Made by a program: the position numbers and the translations under genes. A stretch of DNA of 63,069 bases, counting the filler, from Reticulomyxa filosa (Eukaryota > Protista > Foraminifera): assembly GCA_000512085.1 (NCBI GenBank). It is 21 parts of 21 records of this genome, joined end to end, with 100 filler letters (N's around TTAATTAATTAA, not from the genome) between each part and the next. Parts side by side here need not be neighbours in the genome. Positions count along the whole stretch, not along the records: positions 28,921 to 38,957 come from ASPP01027723.1; positions 39,058 to 40,121 come from ASPP01037309.1; positions 40,222 to 42,785 come from ASPP01015259.1; positions 42,886 to 45,557 come from ASPP01005035.1; positions 45,658 to 47,329 come from ASPP01012528.1; positions 47,430 to 48,429 come from ASPP01050080.1; positions 48,530 to 51,322 come from ASPP01025103.1; positions 51,423 to 54,262 come from ASPP01028034.1; 13 more parts are not named here. One strand, written 5' to 3'. Below are positions 38,621-51,577 of this stretch, piece by piece (the stretch's first letter is position 1; each line of letters begins with the position of its first letter). A model generated the notes under the pieces. It was not told the origin of the DNA. It saw nothing but the letters and a program-made list of their open reading frames with translations, and made no database searches.

Positions 38621-38957
38621 TCATCCCCAAACATTAATTAGACCTTCGGTCAAACCATAAAATAAATTAACTCCGCAATTACCTTTTCTTTTCTTTTTTA
38701 ACATTACAAGTTTAAGACATCGTACTCCAGAATTTTCTTTGATTACATACAATTCATTCTTATTTGATCGAATATCCCAAAAACGAATTGTTTTATCATC
38801 TGATACGGAACATATCACATTTGAACTACTACCAATTTCATTATTATTCGCTATAAATGGTGAATATTCAACAGCATACACAGAATGTGTATGTCCATTG
38901 AACACTTGAATTTGTTGACCAGATCGAATATCCCATAAACGAATACTGAAGTCATTT
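38621..38957 (-). CDS. WD40-repeat protein, 3' end (tandem paralog)
   Basis: IRLWDIRSGQQIQVFNGH...DKTIRFWDIRSNKNELY...INVWG*. Confidence 0.85.
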
Positions 38958-39113
38958 NNNNNNNNNNNNNNNNNNNNNNNNNNNNNNNNNNNNNNNNNNN
39001 NTTAATTAATTAANNNNNNNNNNNNNNNNNNNNNNNNNNNNNNNNNNNNNNNNNNNNAAAAAAAAAAAAAAAAATTGGTTGCAAAAAAAATCTCTTTCTT
39101 GAAATAGATTTAC

Positions 39114-39407
39114 CATTTGGACGTGCTGAGCGTTGACGTCGGCGTCACTATAAATAGCTACTGTCTTCACTCCCAACTCTCTTGCTGTGCGGATAATGCG
39201 ACATGTTATCTCTCCTCGGTTGGCGATCAATATTTTTTCAAACGGCTTCGGCAAATCTCTTTGGATGTGTAAACCACAAGGGGTAATGTAAAACGAAGGC
39301 GCACCCGACGAAAAGGCACACTGCTTGCTCAAAAATTGTGAATAGCGGTTGTTTGATTTAATACATGCATTTTTTATGTTTTTTTGTGATAAAAGAAATC
39401 GGAACAT
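39114..39407 (-). CDS. Mitochondrial biotin-dependent carboxylase alpha subunit (propionyl- or methylcrotonyl-CoA), exon 1
   Basis: Basic presequence, then [43 protein letters not shown], then a GT donor. Confidence 0.88.
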
Positions 39408-40450
39408 CCCTTGATATGACGGGAAAAAGAAAATTTTTTATATCAACAACAAAATTAATTTCCCCCTTACACGGTTACTGATGAACACTTCAACAATGAT
39501 AAGTGTTTTTTTTTATGGACAACCAAGGGTCAGAAAAGAACACGTAATGTCATGTGTGGTGATCTTTGATCACAACAAAACTTAGCTATCGTAATAATAT
39601 TTTTTAATTGAATTTTTAAATGTGCTTTTGAATGTTAGCGAAATTTAATTGATTTTTTCAATGTATTTTTACTTTTGTCGTTTTATAAGGACTTGGCAAT
39701 GATAATTTAATAGCTTAAATTATTTGCATCTACAAAAAAGAAAAATTCAATTATTTTTTTAACCAAAAAAAACGAATTGGTGCCAGAATTAGACCCTTTA
39801 GGAAAATAGTTTCAACACAATTTGCAGTTGAGCCATTAGAATAAGAAAAAAGAAATTTTTGGTACAAATCAATATCAAAAAAAAACACTCCACTTTAAAA
39901 GCAAGACAACAAAAATATCTTTTTTTTTGAAATAGAAAAATGGTAAAGTGTCACACAAAAATATTGAATGACATATACCAAATTTCAATTCTTTGTGTCT
40001 GCTGCTTTTTTGTTTTTTTCTCAAAATGAAGTATCATCCTTGAAATCGAAATTGCGGCCAAAAAGTAGAAAAACAAATTCTAATGCTTTTTTTTTGTACT
40101 GCAAACGTCGTCTGGGTTTTTNNNNNNNNNNNNNNNNNNNNNNNNNNNNNNNNNNNNNNNNNNNNTTAATTAATTAANNNNNNNNNNNNNNNNNNNNNNN
40201 NNNNNNNNNNNNNNNNNNNNNTTTTTTTTTACCATATTGTCCCCGGGGGGGGGGCGAAAAAAAAAAAGACTTTGGAGAATTTGCTCGTTACGTTCCTGCA
40301 CCCTTCTTCCTTGTGTTACAAGTATTGCTGCTCATTACTTGGGCATTTGAGTTTAAGATTCATTTCAATATGTGTTTTGCAAAACAGTGGATCATTTTTC
40401 AATCATTTGATGTTTTTTTTTTTTTTTACTTTTAAAAAAAAAAAAAAAGC

Positions 40451-41504
40451 TTGAATGCGTCAATAAAAAATAAGATAACGGAAGAAAACCAAAACAAGTG
40501 GTATGGAATATTGTTTGCAGTGTCGTTGTCGCTGTTCATTGTGTCAATTGTATTGCTGGCTTTATTCTTTGGATGGTATGCCAACGACTCCGGTTGTACC
40601 ACTCATGAGACATTCATCTCTCTTTCCATTGTCTTTGTTCTCGCCAATGGTGTTGTTTCCATTTGGGCAGGTCAGCTTTTTGTTGTGTGTTGTTTCTTGC
40701 CTTTTCCTGACGAAATAACAACGATTGATTTTATTTTTTTTTTTGTGGAAAGCGCCCGGAACATTCTTTGTGAGTGCACTTGTGAGTGCGTACAGCACAT
40801 TTTTGTGCTTTGCCGCGTTGCAATCGGACAGCAATGAAAACTGCAATCGATACTTCAACAAGCGTAGCACGGCGTCGCTTTGGATTGGAATCATATTTGC
40901 ATTGCTGTCTTTGTGTTACGCTGCATTGACTTCCAACTTGTTGCATAGTCTTGTTGGAGCCAATGGCAATAGCGAAATGAATGAGGCTTTGTTAGATGAC
41001 AAACAAAATGGAGAGAAACAGAAGGAGAGCAACGCCAACGAAAAAGAAGGAGACGAAGAAAGTCAAAACTACACTGAGGAAGCGGAGAAACGATTAGTCG
41101 CTGATAGCAATTACAATGATCTTGAAACTGACAATAAAACGAGTGCAAAGATTGATAATGAAGATTCAATCACTAGTAAGAAAGCAAAACGAGAAGCAGT
41201 GTATTTCCATGTTATTATGACTTTGGCTGCTGGTTACATGGGTTAGTTGCATTCCATGCCTTTTGTTTAATTTTTTTTTTTTTCTCTTTCTCATTTTTTT
41301 GTACTGTGTTAAAATTTGCTCTGTTTTTTTTTGCTGTATAGCAATGCTGTTGACTAACTGGGGATCAAATGAATCTGGGAATTTTACACCACTGGAAGAG
41401 CTTCCTTGTGGGCCAATGTTGCTTGCCAATGGTTGACAGAAGCCCTCTTTTTGTGGACTATGTTGGCACCTAAGCTGTTCCCTTCTCGATTCGACGAATT
41501 GTGA
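40451..41504 (+). CDS. SERINC/TMS1 family membrane protein, 3' part (frameshift ~41383)
   Basis: VSALVSAYSTFLCFAALQS, YFHVIMTLAAGYMAMLLTNW and WANVACQW...LWTMLAPKLFPSR*. Confidence 0.85.
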
Positions 41505-42143
41505 CCACCTTAGAATTAAACCTTTATCCTTTTTTTTTTCCTCCCTTTAACTACTTCTGCTGAACCGTATTAGAAAACTCAGGTAGTGCAACTCCAGGAC
41601 AATTGTTTGTGCTGGAACATTTTTAATTATTGTTTGCGTTTCGTTTTTTGTCTTCTACATTCGACCACGTTGCTGGCGAGGAAACATTAACTACTTAAAT
41701 AGATTTTTATGATCAAGTTGTTTTAAATTCGTACGCATTTCTTTAAAAAAGGTTCATGTTACAATTTTTATAGTTTAAAAGTGGATGGTATAATTGGTAT
41801 TAAAGTGATTGGACCAAAACAAGACGATCAAAATTTGGACACATTTTTTGCGCGAATGTCCGTAAGACATTGTTTATTCCCATCACCCCTTTCTGGATTC
41901 TTTTTTCCCGGCAGAGTTATCTTAGACTCATAATTGGTCACGATCACGTATACATTTCTCAACAAATTGAGCCAACTGCAGTTTTTTCATTGTTTAATGC
42001 TAATCAAATTCACAACATCTTATTCGACAATGACTACGCAACAAAATTGCTGTCCTTGATTTGAACATTTCAAAATATAAAAAACAACAAAAGATATATA
42101 GGCTATTGGAACTCGATAACGAGATGCCTAGAAACAGTAAATA

Positions 42144-42346
42144 TACAGTATAATGCAAAGTAAATGACAAAATATTGATATAATTATAAAAGATGTAATA
42201 AAAAACCAAAATGATATTTAAAAACTACACGATTCGTATATATTTAAAAAAAAATTAAAGTCTTAATGTTGTTTTTTCATGTAGAAAATCAATAATCTAT
42301 ATAAAGTGCAGTTTTATGTGTCAACTTTACTTTGCATTATACTGTA
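42144..42346. mobile_element. Foldback/MITE-like repeat with a perfect 21-bp inverted repeat
   Basis: TACAGTATAATGCAAAGTAAA (42144-42164) is the reverse complement of TTTACTTTGCATTATACTGTA (42326-42346). The interior matches 26290-26460. Confidence 0.6.
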
Positions 42347-42885
42347 GTTTATTTGTTCAGTAAATAGTTTAATTATATAATTTCGATGTCGACAAGGTAC
42401 TCAACCATTTATTCCTTTATGCAATCTTTTTTTTTTAAATTTTTCCATTTGTCCATTTTTTTAAATTATCATATAATAAATAATATCAACATATAATGAA
42501 AAACTGATATAGTCATAGCAATTGAAATGCAATGCAATCACTATCACTATCCCCTTTATATTAAATAATGTCCATTATCACTTTCAAACTCAATTCAACC
42601 AGATCGTATTTATTTTGAATGTAATTCAATTAGAGCCAATGTTGCTCGACAAATCCTCAATGATAAGACACATAAGCTACCAAATTCATCGAATACCATT
42701 TGCCGATTTTCGACAACAAGTTACTCACATTTGCTGTCCAATCCAATAAAATCATGAGAATGTATAACTGATATTCGTTTGTTTTNNNNNNNNNNNNNNN
42801 NNNNNNNNNNNNNNNNNNNNNNNNNNNNNTTAATTAATTAANNNNNNNNNNNNNNNNNNNNNNNNNNNNNNNNNNNNNNNNNNNN

Positions 42886-43789
42886 AAGAAGAAGAAGAAG
42901 AAGAAGAAGAAAAAGAAAAGAATAATAATAATAATAATAATGATGATAATGAAGATGAAAAAATGAATGTTGAAAAGTTCTTGCAGATAAAAAAAAAGGA
43001 ACGAGAGAATAAGAAGAATCGGAATGATAAAAAGAAAAAGAGGAAATATGCAAAGAAGAAAAGTAGAAGGCCCAGAAACAATAGGAGAATTTCAAGAGCT
43101 ATGGGATTCAGTGACTCGGATGAGGACAGTGAAGAGAGAGACCAAAAGCGTGGCCATAGCGACTCCGAAGAAGAAGAAGAAGAAGAAGAAGAAGACGATG
43201 AAGGTGATGAAGACTATGAAAACACTGTTAATAATAAAGACAATAAGGACGATAATAAAAAAAGACATGAGTATATCTTTATTTCTCGGAATATCCGATC
43301 GGTGTTGCGCATGGCTCGTATCGAGTTTCAGTGGATTGTCTCGCAACAACGAATGAACTTGTTAATTTTTTTTTTTTTTTTTTGGATATATATATATATA
43401 TGTATATAATATATATATAATAAATATATGTTTATACATTTAGAATAAAATTTTTTTTTTTTAAAAAAAAAAAAAAAAGGGAGTTTGGAACTTTCCTGAC
43501 AACACAGAAAGAGTCGATGGCTTTGCTGATCAGCATCTGCCACAAACAGAGCAAAGAGTGGTTGGCGCAGTATTTCCCCTTTTTGCTGGAATTGCTGACT
43601 CCGACGCCATTGGACATTCGTCTCGCTTTCGTTCGCCAACACTGCTACGCCGAAGTGCAAAAGATTAATTCCGAAAAAGAAGAAGCCAAAGTTTTGTTTG
43701 CAAGTGATTGCTTTAGAGACAGAGAGAGAGAGAGACAATATGTGATGAATGCAAAGTATTAATGAATTCATTGTCATCTAACTAAGTTA

Positions 43790-43820
<31 letters not shown>

Positions 43821-44766
43821 GATGAAGAAAAGGGCATTAGAATCAAAGAAGACAGAATTAGCGTCATCTATGATCATGCAATCCCAAGCAAGTCAAGTCA
43901 CAACAATTGCATCAGCTCTATCGTCCACTACAACATCAGCAGCTCCAACTCCAACTCCAACTTTATCAACTCCAAATCCATCAACTGTAACTTCAACTCC
44001 ATCAGTTATAAATCCGAATCCATCACTTGCAAGTCCAGTATTGGAGGAAGCAAAGCCCAATATAAATGCAAATGCAAATGCAAATACAAATACAAATACA
44101 AATACAAATACAAATGCCAATGCAAGTAACAAAGACAATACGAAGAGTGACCAGCAGAAGCAAGAACAAACGCAGTTGCAAAGTAATAATGTTGAGATGT
44201 TGCGATTGCTTCAAACAGAACAGCAGAGACTCCATGAGGCAGTTGAACGCAGAAAAATAGAGGAAGAAGAAGCACGCAAAATAGCCGAAGAAGAAGCACG
44301 CAAAAAAGCCGAAGAAGAAGCACGCAAAAGAGCCGAAGAAGCAGCATGCAAAAAAGCCGAAGAAGCAGCACGCAAAAAAGCCGAAGAAGAAGCACGCAAA
44401 AAGCCGAAGAAGCAGAAGCACGCAAACTAGCGGAAGAACAAGCACGCAGAAGAGCCGAAGAAGCAGAAGCACGCAAACTAGCGGAAGAACAAGCACGCAA
44501 AAGAGAGGAAGAACAAGCGCGCAGACTAGCGGAAGAACAAGCACGCAAAAGAGAGGAAGAAAGGAGAATCGAGAATGAGCGCAAGAGATTTAGGCATCTT
44601 TTCGTCGACGATGAAGACGATTACGGCCCTACAAACCAAGTTTACACCGATACCGTTGTTATATACCGCACACTATCGGTCGAAGATATGGTTTCTTCCA
44701 CTCAAACCGCAAACAGTAATGCTGTTGTCCCTCGCCATATCAATGTATATACATATACAATATATG

Positions 44767-44800
<34 letters not shown>

Positions 44801-45557
44801 AAAGGCGAATGAACTATTGCTAAAATCATTGATGAAACAAGTGAACAAAATATCTGCGGTGCAGTTGCACAAGGGATTGAAAATCGCGTACGACAACGAG
44901 CCTGGCGTTGGCCAAGGCCCGTTGCGCGAGTTTTTGACCTTTTTATCCGAGCTTCTGTTTGTCCATCAAACGCATCACTTATTTCAATTGTCTCCGGATT
45001 TGAAGAGTATCCATATCACGCCTATTCAACTCTTGTCACAGCACTTGTCCTTGCCAGCCATTCATAAGTTATATATATGTATATATATGTATATATATAT
45101 TTGTGCAATCAATTCTAATGCATTACTATTTTTATTTTTATTTTTTAAAAAAGATACTACAAATTTGTGGGCAAGTTTTTGGGATTGAGTCTAATCAACG
45201 GCGTGCCCATCGGAGTGAAACTGTCAAATGGCATTTTGAAGTATTTGTTGGGACAAGAGAAAGACTTGAATTGGACCGACTTGGAACACTTTGACGAAAA
45301 GATGTTCCACACATTTCAAGGATGGATGGACAACACTCCCAATCAAGAATTTCAAATGCATCAAACCTATGGTCTGCATTTTGTCATTTACGACGACGTC
45401 TCCAAGAGCGAGGTCTTGCTATGCGAACACGGCGATCAAATCCAACTGACAGATCAAAACAAACAACGCTACGTCCGTTTGTATACAAAACACAGACTGA
45501 CTCTAAATGTCACCTCGCAATTGCAGAGTCTGCAAAAGGGGTTTTGGAGTCTATTCC
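42886..45557 (+). CDS. HECT E3 ubiquitin ligase, internal fragment with an E/K/R-rich repeat
   Basis: KIAYDNEPGVGQGPLREF, GKFLGLSLING, DLEHFD and LCEHGDQIQLTDQNKQRYV...QLQSLQKGFW are HECT N-lobe motifs. Multi-exon. Confidence 0.85.
44250..44580 (+). repeat. Coding tandem repeat (24-27 nt) encoding AEEEARKK-like units
   Basis: Repeated GCCGAAGAAGAAGCACGCAAA units. One copy at ~44400 has 5 A where the neighbours have 6. Confidence 0.85.
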
Positions 45558-45729
45558 NNNNNNNNNNNNNNNNNNNNNNNNNNNNNNNNNNNNNNNNNNN
45601 NTTAATTAATTAANNNNNNNNNNNNNNNNNNNNNNNNNNNNNNNNNNNNNNNNNNNNGTTTGTTATTTTATATAAATAATAATAATAATAATAATAATAA
45701 TGAAAAAAAAAAAAAAACATAAATAAATA

Positions 45730-47310
45730 AAAGAAAGGAGAGTTTGCACCCAACTCAAAGTATCCAAGGACGATGTTAAAGTATTGGACAGAGGAGGTTG
45801 CGAAGGACTAGTTATGTTCGGAGGAGAGCCGCTTATAAGCAAGCCGCTTGGACGTGCTGTCGTCGGGCACACACTCATTTCGCTACTTACATTGCTGCAT
45901 GGCACTTGCGTTATGTTTGCGTCTTTTTTTTTTTTTTTTTTGCAATGTATCGACACACACACACACTATCGGGTTCAAACCAATCCTTTTCTTACGTAAT
46001 TCCTTTTTTTTTTTTTTTTTATATTAATCAAATAGACAAACAAACAGACAAACAGCTTAAAAGCAGTTTTTGTCCCATAATTGCAAAGCGTTGACAAGGA
46101 GAGACGAATGCTATTTTTTTCAATCACATTTTTTTTAAAAAAAAAAAATTTTATTAAAAAAAATAAATAAATAAAGTGAAAAGATATAACATCTCCAAAC
46201 AACAGCTACCGTGCCATCCGAAAGCTCCGTGCAAGACGCATTTTCATTTTTGCCTGAAAAACGACTGATTTGGGTGACTGGTCCCAGTTTTGCGGGTGCC
46301 GAGTCAAAAAACTATTTCATATTGTGTCTCGTGGATGTTTTAAAAAACTACTTTTTGTCTGGTATCTAGTTAAACCCCTTTTTAAAAAAAAAAAAAAAGA
46401 AGGCATAAAAATAACTTGTCCAAAGATATCAGATTGAGTGCCACTATATGCAGTCCACACGACCAAGAAAGTTGCGTTCTAGGCAAAAACACGATTCATT
46501 TGTTGTGTGAACCATACACAATCTCAGCCAATTTTGTTTTTGAAACAAGCAAAACAAACTGGCGCAGAAACAACGCTTGGGGAAAGATGAGTTCCAAGGA
46601 GATTACACGTGATGCAAAAGGAGTGCGAGGTGAGGGTGATATGAGATGCATACACATGGATTTGCGCTACGTCATGACAATTGGAACATTGCAAAAAAAA
46701 AAAAAAAAAACATTTACATATATGTACATATATATGTATATGTATGTGTATATCTTCTGCCTCTCTTCTCTTCTCTTCTCTCTTGCGAGCAAATAAAAAA
46801 AACACGTACGATGAAGTACATTGCCATTATAACCAGTCCATGTCAACATAAGAGTATCATTAGGTCCGACTGCCAATTTGCTATTGTCTTGCCACAAACC
46901 AGTAGTGGCGTTGACCACATACGGTTGTTGAGAGATAGTGCCATTGGTTGTTATCTCGCAAAGCGCTATATTCGAAGATTGCTATTTCATATAATTATTA
47001 TTATTTATTATTATTATTATTGTTATTGCTGTGATCATTGGGATTAACAATGCTATAGATATATTATTTATGCTGTTAATATGTGTGTTTTGTTCGAAAG
47101 GAATCAATCACCTGCATTCCCTCCGTCAACGTCCATGACACGAAAAATCCAGTGCCTTGTCTTTTCGCAGCAATAGCAGGATTACTTCCCTTTTTGTTGC
47201 TATTGTTGTAAATTTGATATGTGTTTGCCGTCGTTATTGATGTCTTCAGCTGTGTCCTGGTCAAACCCATAAATGCGATTCCTATTTCACAAAACTCAAC
47301 TTTGTCATGC
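45730..47310 (-). CDS. Multi-exon, probably extracellular protein fragment with V-x-W repeats
   Basis: Exon peptides PAIAAKRQGTGFFVSWT, YVVNATTGLWQDNSKLAVGPNDTLMLTWTG, NATFLVVWTAYSGTQSDIFGQ and CTELSDGTVAVVW; many N-x-S/T sequons. Confidence 0.45.
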
Positions 47311-47509
47311 TTTTTTTTTTTTTTTTTTTNNNNNNNNNNNNNNNNNNNNNNNNNNNNNNNNNNNNNNNNNNNNTTAATTAATTAANNNNNNNNNNNNNNN
47401 NNNNNNNNNNNNNNNNNNNNNNNNNNNNNTTTTTTTTTTTTTTTTTTTATAATAATAATGCAGGTTGAGATTGTCACAATGAAATAACAAATAACAAACA
47501 AAATTGTAG

Positions 47510-48429
47510 AGGCCCAAAGGATGGAGTGAAGTTGGCGACATTGTTGACGTATACAGTTAAGTCTTCGTCGTTGAAAGTGTGCAAACGGAGAGAACAAAAT
47601 GAAAAAACAAAACAAAACAATAATCCAAATAAAATAAAAAAATAAAGTGGGCGAAGGAAGAGTGAGAATTTGGGCTACGTTGTTCGGTGGTACGTTTGTG
47701 ATGCACTGCCATTTCCTTCAACACGAAGATCTTGGAGGTAAGAGGTGTCTTACACTTTTTTCCCCTTCCTTTGCTATCCTCTTTCCCTTTTATTCCGTCA
47801 ATCAAAAAAAAAAAACAAAAAAAAAACAAAAAAATACAACACCAATAACAATCATAATGGCAATAATAATAATAATAACAAATAATAATAATAGCAATGG
47901 GGACGATCAAAATAAAAGGGGGTTGTGATGCAAATTGGGGCAATTATGACTCGACGAAGAGTTGCGGATACAAACAAATCCAACAAACTCAGTGCAAGAC
48001 AGCGAGCCCGACAAGCTTTCCCACTGTGTCGCCGACGACAAGCAAGCCCACAACAAATCCAACAAAGACCCCGACGCGAAAGCCGACTCAAATTCCAACG
48101 AAAATTCCAACACGAAAGCCGACTCAACATCCAACGAAGCAACCAACGAAGCAGCCAACAAAGCAACCAACGAAGCAACCAACGAAGCGACCAACGAAGC
48201 AACCAACAAAACAACCAACGAAGCAACCTACAAAGCAGCCAACGAAACAGCCGACATATGCACCGACAAAAAGGCCAACGAGTGCGCCAACAAAAAGGCC
48301 GACATATGCACCGACGAATAAGCCAACGGATGTCCCCACGAACAGGCCAACAAATAAGCCAACAAATGAGCCAACAAACTCTCCGACAGATGCACCGACA
48401 AATAAGCCAACAAACTTGCCCACATGGCA
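47510..48429 (+). CDS. Multicopper oxidase, C-terminal cupredoxin domain plus a Pro/Thr stalk
   Basis: Splicing intron 47738-47894 gives FGGTFVMHCHFLQHEDLG-AMG, the HCH-x3-H-E-D-x-G-x-M copper motif. PTKQ repeats follow. Confidence 0.82.
48000..48427 (+). repeat. 12-nt coding repeat (PTKQ/PTNK, PT-repeat)
   Basis: Tandem CCAACGAAGCAA-like units. Confidence 0.9.
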
Positions 48430-48559
48430 NNNNNNNNNNNNNNNNNNNNNNNNNNNNNNNNNNNNNNNNNNNNTTAATTAATTAANNNNNNNNNNNNNNN
48501 NNNNNNNNNNNNNNNNNNNNNNNNNNNNNTTTTTTTTTTCGCAAAGTCTTTCTTTCGGA

Positions 48560-50400
48560 TCTTGATGCTGCCAGACACGAAGCTTATCAAAAAAGAAATA
48601 TTATCCACGATTGAACTGTGACAATTTTTTTTTCAAATATTCCAGTGCCATCTTATGGATCGATAATTTCTAAATACGACGTCCACTCTATCGTCCTTGT
48701 AATGATGAACACACTTTGGTGTTGGATAATGGCCGTGATTAAAAATTTCTGCGTCCATCGTCATGGTGCTCATTCGACAACATTCAAATTGGCAATTTAA
48801 TAATTGAAGATACCATTCGTATTTTCTTTTTCACGATTGGGATATTCGCTCTTAATTGCAATGATTCAACGATTTTTGATTATGCCAAAGTCACTGCAAG
48901 ATTCACAATTTAAAATCACGTCAACTCGAATCCAATTAGACTTGACGACATGCACTTCATTATCCTCCAAGTTCTGTGATAATGCAATCAATACAAACTA
49001 TTGCGTCGCGTCCAACACGCCGTATGTAATTCACAGTCAACCTGGAGATCATCACTTCAAGAGTCGATTGCCTTGCGTATGTCGAATAAGCGCTGATGAT
49101 CTTTGCCGAATCTAAACCAGAAAATACGAATAATTCTTTCTCTCTATCTCTCTCTATCTTTTTACCATCATTATTGCCTATGCCACTCGTGAGCTCACCA
49201 TTCCTCCCATCAGCAGCACACAGATGACTACTACAAAGCCAAGTTGCGAATATGCGCACAGTTACGACCAATTTTAACATGTTTATAGTCAGCATCTTTT
49301 CTATAACAAACTAGTTTCACTTGTTGGTTGGGATCTGTAAATATGTGAAGGTAGTGCATGTCTGGAAACGCAAAGTCTACTAAGTGTGGTTGTGCACTGG
49401 ATCTTCACACCTGCGAGTGTAAATCTGCATACTTTTTTTTTAACAGGTCCAACGAGATATTGTTTCAATATTCTCTTCTTTCTCTTCGTCATCATCACTA
49501 TTTTCATCACATTACTCTTTTTGGTTGCCAATGTATTTACGGATTTTCGCAAAACTCCTCCACCAATTTGGATCAATCTCACATGGAATATTCTAATAAT
49601 GCAGTGGTTTTCTCGATTGCCGGAACAACTTCCACGTTCTTTTCTTATCGATTTCTATCTCTTCTCTGCTGCCGTTGCGACGTCATCTTTTATACTTTGC
49701 GCGTACCACTCTCTTTCTTTTTTATTCTTCTTGGTTAGCTTTCTTTCGTCGTCTGGCACCAAGATCCAACTTTCTTGTACTGATCTTTGTAAATCTTGTC
49801 CAACGTTCCACGAGAGCGGATGGACTCCGTACTTGAAAGGAATAGCCTTCCTTGTGATTAGAAACACACTTTGCACGAACGTTTCCAGTATATCCAATGC
49901 TTCTATTTACGATTTAATGAAGCAAGGAGCTGTTCTTTTTTTTTTCATTCTTGGGCGTATTCGTGCGAAAGATTACTATCATTAGCTTATGCACGACCAA
50001 AATCCAATTCGCGAATGTGCGTACGCACACGACCAGTTTTTGCACAAGTAATTAGCGCCATTTTATGACAGCATAGCGTCCCTTGTTTGTTGGAACCTGT
50101 AAATCGTATTTGGACGCACTCTTTGAAGATGATTGTTGGATTGGCACCGCGCCATAGACTTATGTGAACCTATATTGATTGACAAGTTGAGTAAGTATTT
50201 CCTGATAACTTCAACGCTTTGCTCTTCATCAACTTCCACTTCTTCTGCAGTCTTGCGACATCACAACGTCGATATCGTTTCACTTTGCGCGATATCAACA
50301 CTACTTCATTTTTTTCATTCTTGGCAAACTTGCTTTCGTCGGCTGCACAATATTCACAATAATAATAAAACCTTGAGTTGCGCCACGCGACGTACACTGC
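48560..50400 (-). mobile_element. Possible heavily decayed non-LTR retrotransposon fragment
   Basis: Elevated GC, no introns and no long ORF. Short minus-strand peptides such as NDIDVVMSQD and SDDLQV resemble AP-endonuclease motifs. Confidence 0.3.
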
Positions 50401-51577
50401 ACATTGTCTTTTTCTTTTTTTCTTATTTTTCTTCATCTTCTCTTTCATCCCCCAATATTTCCACTTATGTTTTTTTCTTATCTTTTTTATTTTTATCATT
50501 TTTATCTTTTTCTATATTTTCTATTTTTAATCTTTTTTCCATTTCAATTGCAATTTTTTTTTCATTTTCAACATTTTCATTTTTTTTTATCATTCTTTTT
50601 ATTTTTTTCTATTTTCTCATTATTTTTCCTAAATAAAAATTTTTATATATTTTTTTCCACTTTATTTTGCACTTTTTTTCCCCACTTTTCCCAACCTTTC
50701 CCACGATATTTTCCAACCCCCTTCAAATAGAAATACAAAAAATAAAAATCAATGAACAAAAACTTCCAATTTTTTCATTTAAAAAAAACTTTCGCTAGGA
50801 GCTCAAAGCTCTAATTCCAATTCCTATAATGTTTTCCTTTGCACGATGAGGACAAACATTTTTTTTTATGGGGGCATGCCTATTCAGACACAAATATACA
50901 TTTTATTAAAAAAATAAATAAACAAATAGATAAATAAAAAACCTTTCAATTGTTTTTTGACGCGGGGATGGCTTCAACCCCAACATTTTCTTTGGATTGA
51001 AGGGACGTATAAATTTTTTATTTTTTTTTTGAAGAGGGCTGCAGCTGTAATTGAAAAAACACATAATGTCATATGCAAAAAAAGAAAAAAAAAGAAAAAT
51101 ATATTTAACAAACCATGATTTCTCCTTGTGGAGACGGAGGGCCTTGCCCATTTTCTTTTTTCTTTTGTTAAAGGATGCACAGCACCCGAACAAAAAAGCC
51201 ATTTTTTTTAAAAGTATACGGCTGTTGAACAACAAGACACTTTTTTTTTAAGTTGAAATTATTTTGAAAAAATAAAACAAAAGACATACAAGTGAAAGAG
51301 GGTGCAATCACCCTAATTACGANNNNNNNNNNNNNNNNNNNNNNNNNNNNNNNNNNNNNNNNNNNNTTAATTAATTAANNNNNNNNNNNNNNNNNNNNNN
51401 NNNNNNNNNNNNNNNNNNNNNNTTCCATTTTTATAATCAAAATGTGCCACTAAACATTAAACAAAATATTTAAATTTACAACAATTGTAGATTTTAATAG
51501 CTTGATCATTCATTTCAAATTCAACAAAGCCAAAAAATTCTGGAAAGAGGGACTTGTACAATAGATAATCTTATATC

